Positions 10,101-22,663 of a DNA stretch of 32,000 nt are shown one piece after another. The notes below the pieces were generated by a model. That model was not told the DNA's origin and searched no databases. It saw only the letters and a program-made list of their open reading frames with translations. Position numbers and translations under genes: made by a program. Origin of the DNA: Zygophlyctis sp. KS116 (taxonomy: Eukaryota > Fungi > Chytridiomycota); the NCBI GenBank assembly GCA_054661495.1, contig BAAFSQ010000012.1, positions 30,001 through 62,000 of the forward strand, read 5' to 3'. Positions within the stretch are counted from its first letter, which is position 1; each line of letters opens with the position of its first letter.

Positions 10101-13100
10101 CAAAATGATTCTCGTATCAAAAATGCTCAAATGATTTGGCATCTAGTTAATGAAATACCATCTGTTGTCGCCAACTTGTTTAAGGGATTAATAAAGCTGC
10201 TTTGGGGGAGAAAGGTTCCGGATCAAAGTCTTCGCAAGTCGTCACACGCGATGACTCGTGAAATAGCATTGGTCATTTGTGATGATTTGATATATACTCG
10301 AACATGTAAATTACTCCTTGATCTAATTGTAGTAAAAAGTATCATTAGTCCCGGCTACCTAAAGTCTGTTCTTAATTTCTTATTCACTCTGATGATGGAC
10401 GATCGATCTACTCCTAGCTTGCAGACACCTTTTGTTATTCACCTTGTGAGAGCCGGATTTTTAAGCCAGGCACAATCAATTATTGATTTATCTTGGAATA
10501 AATTACAAGATTCAGTTGATGATGGTAAATCGGAGGAAATGGCCGACTATCGCTCAATTTTAGAGCGCTGCTTGAATATATTCATGATCTTAAGTAATTC
10601 GACCATGCTAACTGAATCTGCTCATACAATTCACTTGACTAGAGAAAAAGATAAATCATCACCGGATTATTTTGATTCATCAAATCATATTATTACAATC
10701 AGACTGGAAATCTTCCCAACAATTCAGAAACTTTTGAATTCTCCTTTTATCTTGAAGGCTGGGCACCCTATTCTTAAAGCCATTATCCAGATTTTGCTAC
10801 ATATACTCAAGGCCGAAGGTGAGTCTAAAAGTAAAAATAGTGTTTCTAGTACATCTGCTCCTAGCAATTTAAGTTCCGTTGGAGGAAGTCTTGTTGCATC
10901 TCTTTTTGGAAATAGATCACATACAACTGTTGCAGATCCAAATAAAATTCAACAACTATGTGAAATGGGATTTCCTTCTGCTGCAGCTGAACGAGCTTTA
11001 ATACAGTGTGGAAATAATGTAACACGTGCTGCTGACTATCTTCTAACTCATCCTGAAATTGTGGCAGAGGCATCATTTAGTAATCAAGAGCAATCATCAG
11101 ATCCTGCTGGATCTGTGCCTTCTAATAGTACTGCGGCAATATCGAATACATTCTCTAATTCAAACACAGAGCCAATGGATGTTGTGATGGATAATCAAGT
11201 AGGAGAGGCATCCTCATCTGCGTCAGAAACTAGACCTTCTGCAACTCAAGAAGAGGTAGATGATGCGGGACACTCTTCGGACGAAAAAGGCAAAGAAAAA
11301 GCTTGTTTACAGGAAGAATTGGACTCTTTGCGGATTTCTTTCAAGGAGAACCTTCTGGATAAATGCTTTGTCCTACTTGTCGCCATTCCAGACGCCATTT
11401 TTGAGATAAAAGATCTTATTTTTTTGCTAGGAAAATCTGTTTCTGAAGTAATTAAGATTGTAGTTAGCCAGATTGCAGATGGAATAAGTGGTGGTACCGC
11501 AAAAGATTTTGGTGCCCTCGACGTACAGCTCCGCTTATTGGCCTTGATAGCTAATGATCCTAAATATCAGAAGGATGGAATATCGGCTATTGGTGCTCAA
11601 GTATCTGTTTTCTTTAATTTGGTTCGTGACAAAGATACTAGCCCTGTCGCAATCTCTTCCCTATTTTTAATACTGGAGTCATTGCTTTCTGTTTCTGATG
11701 AGCCTAAGAAAGCCATGACTTCTGAAATAGTTGAAGGATTGATGAATGAAGATGCCAAACAAAAAGGCAAGAGTAAGCCCAGAAAAGATGATTTACCGAG
11801 TGAGACGTTCGTCTTTTCGATAGAGGAAAAGTTGACACTTTTAGAATCGGTAGTTAATTATATGAAGCTTGATACACTTGATAATGACTTGTATCACGCA
11901 CTACTAAGGGTGATTGTACGCCTGACACGGCATTATGATCTAGCAAGGAAATTTTTAGAATTGGGTGGCTTGCCTTTGTTATTCAATAGCGAAAAGCTTG
12001 TCAGATTTCCTGCCCAGCAGCAATTGACTTTGATGGTTCTTCGTCATCTTGTCGAAGAGCCGGATCTACTAAAAGAGATATTTAAACACGAAATCACGAC
12101 ATGGTTTTCCCAATACAGGCCACGGGCGGTTGAATTAAATAACTATCTCAAGAATTTCAGTCATCTTTCTATTAGAAATTCAGAATTGTTTATCGAAGTA
12201 ACCTGCTCAATATGTTGCTTATCAAAGTATGATCTTTCTGGAAGAACTCAAAGCTTACTTTTAAAACCCAAGGACCCCGAGGAACATCTAAAAAAAGGAG
12301 AAAATAATGAAGGATCGCCTATCAAGGTGGCCAAAAAGTCAGAATCGGTTGCCAATCAAAATTGCGTATTGGTCATCAGACATATCATAACTTCTATACT
12401 TGCAATCAAATCAAATAAGAAAATTATAAAGGAAAATGACGATATTGGTGAAAAAGAAGATTTGGATCACATTCAGCGATGCTTCTATCTTCAATGTTTA
12501 TCCGAACTCATAATATCTTACTCAGAATGCAGGAAAGAAGTGATAAATGTTAGTACTAAACGAATTTCTGGAAAAACTCCCATTAAATCAACCGGAAGAA
12601 ATCACTTCCTGAATCATCTGTTGCACGAGCTATTGTATAAAGATATTAAATATCTGGATAAAGAGTTCTCTGAAATTCAAGACATGAGTATTCGAAAGAA
12701 ATCAGTTGAAAGTTTCTGGGCATGTTCAGTTCTTTGCGGTTTGTGTGTGGACTATAATATTTCAAAAGTATCGAATTCTATATCAGAACCCAGAAAAGTA
12801 ACTTTAGACGCAATTGGAAAATATCTTAAAGACTCAAATTCACATGCGACACATGGCACAGAGGAGCGTTATGGAATATATATCGCTTTAACAGAACTTA
12901 TACAGCGAATTCTTTCATATAAACCACCAACTTCTGTAGCGGGTTTTGGGAGATTAGCTAAGCCGAATGATGATCATGCTATTCAAAATTCAAAGTTGAT
13001 GCTAGAAGATGGATTTGTTGCTTTGATCACTTCACTAATAGCAGATTTAGATGAACATCATCCTCTATTTAATGGATTGCTGACCAAAATGTTGAAGCCT

Positions 13101-16100
13101 CTTGAAGTGTTAACTAAGTCAGCCATTAGTTTAGGGCGTGCTTCAGAGGAAGCTGCTGAAGCACCCGAAAAGTCCTCACCTTCTGAAGGCTTAAGTGTCC
13201 AAGATCAAGCTATACCTCTTGAATCAGAGGATAATGGTGAATTGTCGAACATATATCGTAATTCAGCTCTTTCCATGTTTGCTCCGCGTAGTGATGATGT
13301 AGAAGGATTTTCCCATGAAGAAGGATTTGAAGAATTTTCTTCAGACGAAAGTATGGATGACGGAGATGAAGCTGTATCTTTTAATTTATTTATTTATTTC
13401 TTAGGATTCCGAAGTGGAAGATGAGATGGAGATTGTAGTACCAGAACCATTTCATGGAGCAAATGAATATGATGACGACTCTGGCGAATCAGATTCAAGT
13501 TCTGATATTCCTCATGAATCAGATGTGATTATTGTATTTTTTTCTTTATAATATCTAGGACGGTGAAGAATGGGAGGATGTCGAAAGTGGGGAGAGTGGG
13601 TCTGGATTGGAGGGTCTGCAGGAAGATGGAGAATCTGATTTAGAAAACGTAATAGAGCTTATGTCCACCGATTATGAAATGGACGAGGAAAGTGAATCTG
13701 GAGAAAATGATGTGGAAGATGAAGAAGATCAAGAAAATTTTGATGCAGATGATTTTGATGCAGAGAGTAATCAAGATGATTCAAACATGCCCATAGAATT
13801 GCAAGATTCCAATTTTGTGCATCCATTTGATCCAGATGAAGAATATCCTATATATCAGCCGATAAATCCTAATATTGATAGGCAGCGGATTATGGAGTTG
13901 GATGTGGGGCCGGATGGATTAGAAATCCACTGGGCGCAAAGAAGCCGCCCTGACGATGTTGTAGATAATGATATCTTTAATAGTCGTCCCGGCAGGAGAG
14001 GTATTACTGACGAGTCTCTTACCCACCCACTTTTGCAGCAGAGAGTTGAAGTGCATAACCATGGCAGATCCGGAGCAAATTCTCATAGACCAGGTGGAGC
14101 TGATAGATCAAACGCAAACGGAGACTTACTGGATTGGCAAGCTTTCGATGACGCTGTTGGTGGAAATGCACTGCAGATCTTGGAGCAAATATTTTCCCGA
14201 ACTCGCGGTAGAGCTTCAGGATCTCTTCGGGTTGTTGAGGTCCCTCCAGGTATTTCCGCTGGTGGTATGACGCAAGGAGCATTTGACTCAGCGGATGAAT
14301 CTGAAGATAATTCACAGAAAGATAAAGTGCCTGGGGCATCTACCACGTTTGATCAACTATCCTTACTTCATTCCTTTACAGTAAATTCGACTATTGATCG
14401 ATGGAAACAGGAGATGAAGTTGATGTATGCTAGCTCTGGAGCAGAAAAGTCATTACGCCTGACACAAGGAATTTTAAATATTTTAATACCTTTGGCTAAA
14501 GAAGCAGCAGAGTTAAAATTCAAAAAAGATGAAGAAGAACGGCTTCTTAGAGAGGAAGAATCCAGAAAGAAAAAAGAGGAGCTTCTCAAGATTGAGGAAG
14601 AAAAGAAAAAAGAATCTGAGTCTGCAACAGTTGAGAAAGCTGTTGCAATACAAACTTCTGCTCCCTCTGATAATCCTTTAAGTGAATCTCACGAGAACCA
14701 AGTTGTGGACCAAAACATTACAGCGCCTGCGGCTCGAGTGATGGTTAATGTCAATGGCCGTGAGGTTGACATTACTGGTAATAACAATACTTCTTATTTT
14801 TAGGGACAGGGATAGATATTACTTTCCTTGAAGCATTACCAGACGATTTACGCCAGGAAGTGATTAGTCAGCACTATCGTGAACAGAGGATAGCTCTTCA
14901 GCCTGCAACTGCTGCAAATAATTCGATTAGTCCTGAATTTTTAGAGGCATTGCCTTTTGAAATTAGAGAGGAGCTTTTACGGCAAGAACAGGGCGACGAT
15001 AGCTCTCCGGAAAGAGGCTCTGCAGAGGATCGCATGTCATCACAACTTTTAGCCAACCTAGATATGCAACTGCGCCAGCAACTTTTTCCGGAAAATAATG
15101 GATCATTTTTGCCTCCTATTTTTGATGCATCATCATTTCGTAGAAGATTGCAGAACGCTGGGTCTGCTAGAATTATTCCCTCAACTGCTGTGGGAGAAAA
15201 GGAAACAAAAAAGTCAAATGCATTGCGACTTGAGCCAATTCAATTACTTGAGAAGCAGGCCTTGATGAATCTAGTTCGATTGATATTTGTACCGGATTGT
15301 ACCACCAATACTTCTCTTCATAGGATCTTAATTAATTTAAGTCAGAATAACAAGTCTAGAAATGATATCGCAATTCTTTTGTTATCAATATTGGCTGAAG
15401 GAAGTGTGGATTTAGCATCAGTGGATCGCAATTTCTCTCAAATGACAATAAAATCAGGGAAAGTAAAATCCATTGGTCCAATTTCTCCAAAGGTTGCCAA
15501 AATTGCCTCAAATACAGATATTCCAGTGAATTTAGGATTTGTAGAAACTGTTCCGAATTTAGTTGCCCAAAGAAGTTTGGAAGCACTTTCCCAACTTGTT
15601 TCATTTAATCCATTATTCATCGATTATCTTCTTTCCGAAAATGATCAACTTTCATGCATCAAAATGGTTAAGACACCTTCAAAAAAACCAAAAGGGAAAG
15701 AGAAGGAAAAGAATGCGATAATTTGTGAATATCCTGTAATTATATTACTTAGGCTTTTGGAAAGACCCTACTTTTTGGAAAATTCTTCATTGTTGGAGCA
15801 GTTGATGACCTTACTTTCGAACGTGTTCAAATTGTTTGCTCGAAATAAAGTTGTGAAGGCAGAAAAAGAAGAAGAATCTAGCTCGAAGCCGGTCAGTGCC
15901 GCATCTGAATCAAGCATTCTAAGCCCTTCAGGAGAATTACCTTCTTCTAGTGATGTGGTAGAATCAAAGGTTAAAAAAATTCATGCACCAAAATATCCTG
16001 CTCTACCGGTTCACAATCTAAAAGCTTTGGTATATGTTCTTTGTGACGGTGTTTGCTCAAGTAAAACATTCCAGTCTACCTTATCAGTGATTCAAAATGT

Positions 16101-17959
16101 ATCTAGGGTGAAAGAATTCAAAGACTTAATTGCGATTGAACTGTCTTTATCCTCGCAAAAATTGGGCGAATTGGTTGTATCTGAGTTAAAAGAACTGGAG
16201 GTCGCCATGAAAAATACTGGAAAGGGTGGAGACGTTGATCCAAAAATATTGTCTATCTTCTCTTCGGCTTCATCTCAGCAAGCAAAGTTGCTGCGTATAT
16301 TGAAAGCTGTTGATTTCGTTTTCCTAAAATGCCAAAGTGCTTCAACTCCACCTGAAACGACTCCAACAAAAGAAAACACTGAGGTCAAGCGCAGTGAAGC
16401 AGCCTTGATCTATGATCAGTTGAAGTTCTCATCAATGTGGACTCAGCTCGGGGAGATTCTTCAAATGATAAATGATAAAACTGATATGATGCATATTGCT
16501 ACCGTTCTTTTGCCGCTAATTGAATCTTTTATGGTTGTTTCAAAACCATACGTCGTTCGAAAACAACAGAGAGCTGCTGCTTCTTACAAATCCTTCCTCT
16601 CAGTTGGAAGACAGAACTCTTCATCAGATATTAACAACTACGACATATTCGTTCATTTTACTGATCAGCATCGAAAAATTTTAAATACTATGGTACGAAA
16701 TAATCCAAGTTTGATGGGTGGTTCTTTTTCATTGCTGGTTGATAATCCAAAAATTTTAGAATTCGATAACAAAAAAACATATTTCACGCAACAAATCCAC
16801 AAAAAAACAAGCAATAACTCATATGGATCCGTACAGGTGAATGTAAGGAGGCAGTACGTTTTTGAGGATTCTTACCATCAATTACAAGGTCGTTCTGGAG
16901 AAGAAATTAAATATAGTAAACTGAATGTCCGTTTTTATGAAGAGGAAGGTGTAGACGCTGGAGGAGTAACTAGAGAATGGTATACAGTTCTAGCAAGGCA
17001 AATGTTTAATCCTGATTATGCATTATTTAAACCCTCAGCGGCAGATAAAGTAACTTATCAACCTAATCGATCATCTGGCATAAATCCGGATCATTTATCA
17101 TATTTCAAATTTGTTGGTAGAATTATTGGCAAGGCTATATATGATGGACGTCTCATGGATTGTTATTTCACCAGGTCTTTCTACAAACTTATGCTTGGAA
17201 TTGAAGTGGACTATAAAGACATGGAAGCTATTGATCCTTCTTATCACAAAAGTCTGGAATGGATTCTAAACAATGAGATCACTGATATATTAGACTTGAA
17301 TTTTATTCTTGAAGTTGATGAATTTGGAAGACAAAGGACTGTTGAATTAATTCCAAATGGAAAGAATACACCGGTAACTGACGAAAACAAGCATGAATAT
17401 GTTCAGTTAATTGTTCAGCAACGTCTGGTAGTTGCGATAAAGGACCAAATTGATGCATTTTTAACTGGATTTCATGAAATTATACCCAAAGATTTGATCA
17501 AAATATTCAATGAGCAAGAACTTGAATTGCTAATATCCGGACTTCCTGATATTGACATTGATGACTGGTAATATTTTTAATGATTAATCTTCAGGCGAAA
17601 CAATACAGAATATTCAAATTACACACCTGCTTCTCCTCAGATTCAATGGTTTTGGAGAGCTGTTCGCTCTTTTAGCCAAGAAGAACGTGCAAAATTGATT
17701 CAATTTGTTACTGGTACATCAAAAGTGCCTCTTGAGGGCTTTTCTCGTCTGCAAGGCTCAAGTGGAGTTCAGAAATTTCAAATTCACAAGGACTTTGGAA
17801 ACATTAACCGACTTCCAAGTGCTCACACCTGGTAAGAAATCTATTTTAAATATTAGCTTCAATCAGTTGGACATCCCTGTGTATGAATCTTATGAGCAGC
17901 TAAGGTCAAATTTATTAGTCTCGATTTCAGAGTGTGGCACTGGCTTTGGTTTTGCTTAA
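7146..17959 (+). CDS. TOM1: HECT E3 ubiquitin ligase Tom1/HUWE1
   Basis: Starts [15 protein letters not shown]-terminal [11 protein letters not shown]...[17 protein letters not shown] and [11 protein letters not shown], a UBA ([15 protein letters not shown]), an acidic tract, UBM repeats ([13 protein letters not shown]) and a HECT domain ([13 protein letters not shown]...LPSAHTCFNQLD...GFGFA*). Introns at about 7188-7214, 7990-8019, 8263-8288, 8429-8454, 8795-8825, 9341-9369, 9662-9687, (10306-10332), 13374-13404, 13534-13558, 14778-14803, 17568-17594 and 17832-17856; the last splits the catalytic Cys codon TG|C. Confidence 0.96.
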
Positions 17960-18130
17960 AAATAATAAACGAGTTTCGCAATATAATCAAACCGATCATG
18001 TGGAGTGGTGGACGAGAAGAAATTCTCTTAAATTCCACTGCTGTATACACAGCCTTGAATCTGATTTGATTTTTCGCGTGGAACCGCGACAAATGATTGT
18101 CTTCCGAATAAGTAATCATACGTGACGATT

Positions 18131-20513
18131 ATGCTCCAAGATCTTTCCAATCTAGAAGCTGATTTTGCAGCCGAAGCAAAAGAATCTGCGATACAAAGAA
18201 TTTCTGACATCCTGAGACATCCCGATGATTTGACTAATAAGCTGGACAAAATTCGCAAAAAAATCGGACATGAGCGAGCAGCCGTTGAGGCACAATTAAA
18301 GACTGCATTAGAAGCTCAATTGGAGAATGTTGGCAGGGGGTTGGATGCAGTTCAAATGTGTCAAAATAAGACTCTGAATATGAAGACTTCTCTTCAGTCA
18401 ATGGACAGTCTCTGCGCAAATTCCCAAAATTCAATCAAAAACTATAATTATATAAAAAAAGTAATTGCATTCTTGTCTAAATGTAGATTTCAAAAACTCA
18501 CCAGAACTTTACAGAGGTACATACCATTTATTTGATGACAGACAAAAATGATGGCAGATCGTTTCAAAACGTTGAATGATCAAATCGAGCGAATTTCAAT
18601 TTTATTCGAGCAAGATTTCTCAAATTTGATTGGGCCTAATCCAAATATGCTCTTTGTTCATTATCAATTGCAGCAACTCGAGAAATTTAGGTACTTTTAT
18701 TTTAATCACGGAATAGAAATGATACAATGATAAAAGGTAGAGGCTCTTCAATTGATATTCTAAGCATTCCCAGTAATGCATTTAAAAGAGTTGATGTTTT
18801 GGAGCAAAAATTTGACAAATATATATGGGAAATATCCACAAATATCTTGGAGTTATTAAAGACTAATAACTATTCTACAATTGTCCGGCTGATCAAAATC
18901 ATTGAGATGGAGGAGAGGGCCGATGAATCAGCTGCCATTTTGGATAACGATAATTCTGATCCATTAGAGAAACCTCTAGAGCTGGAATTTACAAGAGGGA
19001 GGAAGATCAAGGCGTATCGCATTAAATTCTTCGATACTCTACGTAATCTGGTAGTTAATAACCTCAAAAAAATATTTAATCAGTATTCGGATGATTCTGA
19101 TAGTCTTTTAAGAGAAATGACTCTCTTAGTGGATGATTTGGTTTTAGTTCATGATGAATTGGTTCCTCTCTGCCCAAAAAGCTATAATATTTTTCGATTT
19201 TTTGTATTGGAAACTCATAGAGCAATTCATGATACACTGGAGCAAATAGTCATAGAAGGTAATATTGGACCTGGAGAGATATTACAGCTTTTAAAATGGG
19301 TTAGAAGCTATTATACGGATATGCGAACACGACTTGATGTTTCAGAAGAGCTGTTAGAGCCTCGTCTTTTAGGAGATCGAGAGGAAGAATTAGTTTCTGG
19401 TTATATTTCTCTTGTAAGAGATAAGCTGACTGAATGGCTTGCAAATATTTTACAAAACGAATCTGTGCATTTTTTATCTAGAAGTGGTCCGCCTGAACAG
19501 GATGCTGAGGGGCACTATCTATCTGGTGGCTCTGTAATTGTCTTTAAAATGTTTAATCAGCAATTGGATGTGGCACTCTCATCCTCTAAAGGGCAGCTTC
19601 TATATGATGTCGTACTGGTATGTACAGACGTTCTTGAAGAGTATCAAAACACTTGGATGAAACTTTTAGACCAAGAATATCAGAAATTTGTCGAAAAATC
19701 ACACGATTTAACTGATGGTCTTCCAGAGTATGTGATGGCGTTTGCCAATGATTCACTGAAAAGCTCTGAGTTTTCAGAAAATATCAGAGAACGTTTAGTT
19801 AATGAATCAGAAGATTCATTCAAGCCTTTGTTGGAACAAAAGATCAAACAATTGCTGGAGGGTTTTATGAAATTGACAAAGAAGGCTTATCAAGTGTTGA
19901 TAGATATTGTTCTACAAGATACAAAGCCAGCCATAAATCTATTAAACAGCTCACCGCAATGGTATGAACAGCCAGTTATGAATTTTATTGTTGGAACTTT
20001 TGATGATTATTGTGAAGATTTTAGGATCCATTTGAATGAATATGTATTTAATAAGCTTATGGTACGTGAATAAGAAACCGATACTAACTCTAGACTGATT
20101 TGCTTGATAGATTTCTAATACTTTATATTGAAACATTTAAAGGGAAAAATGTTAAATTTAATATTCCAGAAGCAGGCGATAAGTTACGAAGTGATTTAAA
20201 CAGCATCATTGAATTTTTTGCAAAATCTAAATCACAAAAAAGAATCAAGGCATCTTTTGAACCGATTGATCGCCTTGTGTCACTGATTGAATCTAACCCG
20301 CGACTTCTTTACATTGACTTTTTCGGACTCTACAAGGCATTTCCAGACGTGAATGTAGACTTTATAGAAAAAATGTTGAGTAAAAGATCTGATATGGATA
20401 AATCACAAATCAGGGAAGTTATGGAAGGAATCAAGTCTAAAGTTCAAGAAGACATGAGTAATAGTAATTATAAACCAGCAAATACCATCTTCTCTCGAGT
20501 TAATTACAAATAG
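18131..20513 (+). CDS. SEC6: Exocyst complex component Sec6/EXOC3
   Basis: AIQRISDILRHPDDLTNKL...ERAAVEAQLK, IVRLIKIIEMEERAD, LVPLCPKSYNIFRFFV, ELLEPRLL and LLSKRSD-like C-terminus. Introns 18461-18486, 18517-18541, 18691-18716 and 20062-20093. Confidence 0.92.
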
Positions 20514-20521
20514 AAACTATT

Positions 20522-20839
20522 TTACTTAAATTCAAAAGCTGCTAATGACATTCCAAAACTCCAAAATTGATTCCTAATTTCAACATCCCCTGATTTCCTC
20601 GCTCCGTGAGCAATCCTTTTCCAATTTTAGAAAATGCATCCTGTATATTATGATTGCATAACCATGTATGAATTTCTATAGATTTTTGAGCATTTCCAAA
20701 CCAGTATCAGTTACACAAACTATTCCATTGACTCTATCCTTATTGATCCCAATTCTTTCCAGTAAGCAATCGTTTCCTTATCATCTCCCTTGAGCATAGA
20801 ACCAGGTCCTCCATGGCTGATAAATGCCAACTTTGCCAT
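20522..20839 (-). pseudogene. Internally deleted, frameshifted remnant of a LigB/4,5-DOPA-dioxygenase-like extradiol dioxygenase
   Basis: The N-terminus MAKLAFISHGGPGSMLKGDDKETIAYWKELG matches the FISHG(G/S)P start of the family. GIVCVT follows in a shifted frame, and the C-terminus IAHGARKSGDVEIRNQFWSFGMSLAAFEFK* resembles the family end. Only 318 nt long, with an early stop and frameshifts. Confidence 0.62.
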
Positions 20840-20924
20840 TTGCTAGAGAAAGTGTAATGACTCCTGGCGAGAAAGTGCATCGGATACAACCTGTTCCTTT
20901 CCTGGTCTGACGATTAGGAAGAGA

Positions 20925-21637
20925 ATGTTTTCTGTATGATTGGAGCATTAATGATAGGGATCCGATAGTAATCTGACTAATATTGATACTGATCAGACTC
21001 ATCAGAATGCAATCCCAGGACCAGCAGGAAAGCTGCCACAAATCTCTATTCAAGAGAAGCAGCGGCTGTTCAAGAGTTTCGGTCTAAAACCAAAGATCAC
21101 AGAGCCTCCAATGCTATCGACGGAACCTCCTCAACGGCAAAAGGAGTCAGACTTTGAGAGTCTTTCTTGGATCAAGGCGAAATCAATAGCCGGGAGCCAC
21201 AAATTGGCAGAAATCAGCTCTCTAAAATCAATTCCTAAAATATTACTAGTGATTCATTCATTGCAGATTATAAATGATCAGGCAAATGTGATGCTAAAGG
21301 ATGAAACGGGAATGATGCAAGGGACGTTACATCCAGAGGTATTGTCTCTGGGGAAATTACAGGTTGGATGGGTACTTGAACTCGGTAAAATTGAAATATC
21401 AAACTTGTTAAAACTATAGAAAATGTAGGGATATTTAGGCCGTTTAAAAATGTATGCCATTTAAATATTACATTGGCTTGTATAAAATCCATATTTGCGG
21501 AACATGGTGATAGAAGAGTTTTTAAAACAAATGGTACTATTTATCATGATTAAATCATAAATTCTGTAAATACTAACAATATAGAAAATTCTCCAGTGTT
21601 AATTGATCCAGAATTATTATCAGAATTTACAATTTGA
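20925..21637 (+). CDS. HROB: HROB/MCM8IP (C17orf53)-like OB-fold homologous recombination protein
   Basis: IPGPAGKLP motif, then the OB fold IPKILLVIHSLQIINDQANVMLKDETGMMQGTLHPEVL...LQVGWVLELENVGIFRPFKNVCHLNITLACIKSIF. Introns 20934-20957, about 21385-21419, and probably 21534-21584 (contains TACTAAC). If the last intron is not spliced the stop is at 21553. Confidence 0.78.
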
Positions 21638-21638
21638 T

Positions 21639-22445
21639 TTAATCATTCATTTTTCCATACCAAGATGATTTGTAGATATTAAGTAAATATAAACAAGTTT
21701 CTAATATTAAATAGAATAAAATACCTTTAATATCACTTGTTTTAACATTAAATATTTTATCTATTCTGTTGTAAAGATTGATTGGATTATTTTTGCTATC
21801 AACTGATTCACCAGGAGTTAATTCTATTGCCATATACCAACATGCAGCTAAAATTGTTTTGAATGGAAAAATGATGCATGCAGGTGTATGAAAACTAAAA
21901 TAAAAATTTAGTAAAATTACCAATCAGAAAATAGTATCCAAGTTAATTGTTTCAAGACTTGAGATGCTTTTATCTTTGAAGCAGACTCTAAAAATTCTGG
22001 AAAAAAATCTTCAATGTCCATATCAAATGTGATTGTTACCAAGACATATTCTTCAAAAAATATGACTGCATCTCTCCATTTTTCCTAAAATTAAATTGAA
22101 CCAACTTACAAATTCTTTATCAGAGAACTCCAGTCCCATAACTTTAGCATATAAGGAAATCAAATCCTTTAATTTAATATGAACATCATAAAGTTTTAAC
22201 GATAAATACAGACAAGCCAGTGCAACTTCTCTAAAGTTATGTCCTTTGAGAGATCGACGCATGTAAAACCGTTGATAAAATATCATGCCAACATGTAGCG
22301 AATGTATTGGAGCTCTAGTGTGCGCACCAACTCTAAAGATAATCAGCGTCCCTTGGCTTCGATCTTTCCATTCTCTTTCAAATGAAATCCCATCTTTCTT
22401 AGAAGGCGAATCTTCTAGCTCTTGTCGAGTGAATAGCCAACTCAT
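21639..22445 (-). CDS. Transcriptional cyclin (cyclin K/T-like)
   Basis: MSWLFTRQELEDSPSKKDGISFEREWKDR, IFYQRFYMRRS, VALACLYLSLK and EEYVLVTITFDMDIE. Introns 22085-22109, 21895-21920 and 21701-21724. Confidence 0.85.
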
Positions 22446-22634
22446 TTTTTATCGTCAGTTTGAGGTACTAGGTGCCTATACTTTTGCCATTGCTCCAATA
22501 GCATACTGCATACGTAGTACTTTATATATATGTCCAATCTTGGCTCTTTAGATTATAATACTCGCAGTAATAATGCTTTTGAAATTTCCCCAATGCAGTG
22601 CGGGTAATGCGCAATGGATGCAACTAGTTTACTG

Positions 22635-22642
22635 TGACGTCA
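22635..22642. promoter_or_regulatory. Perfect CRE/ATF palindrome TGACGTCA, 21 nt upstream of the ATG at 22664
   Basis: Exact TGACGTCA in the divergent intergenic region. Related TGACG words sit next to several other start codons. Confidence 0.45.
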
Positions 22643-22663
22643 GTACGATTTTAAATTCCTTAC

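Noticed and set aside
8445-16000. Antisense or alternate-frame ORFs inside TOM1 (8445-8750, 9855-10073, 9937-10134, 10861-11076, 13968-14589, 15356-15620)
   Set aside because: Shadow ORFs of a long, GC-richer CDS with no recognisable motifs.
18002-18083. TPP riboswitch resemblance (GAGA...TTGAATCTGAT...GCGTGGA)
   Set aside because: No CTGAGA motif, no P5 stem with TAAT loop, extra sequence at the junction, and the flanking genes are unrelated to thiamine.
17859-20136. Short ORFs overlapping the TOM1 end and SEC6 (17859-18119, 17934-18125, 18028-18258, 18234-18434, 18870-19067, 19951-20136)
   Set aside because: They overlap well-supported genes and show no family features.
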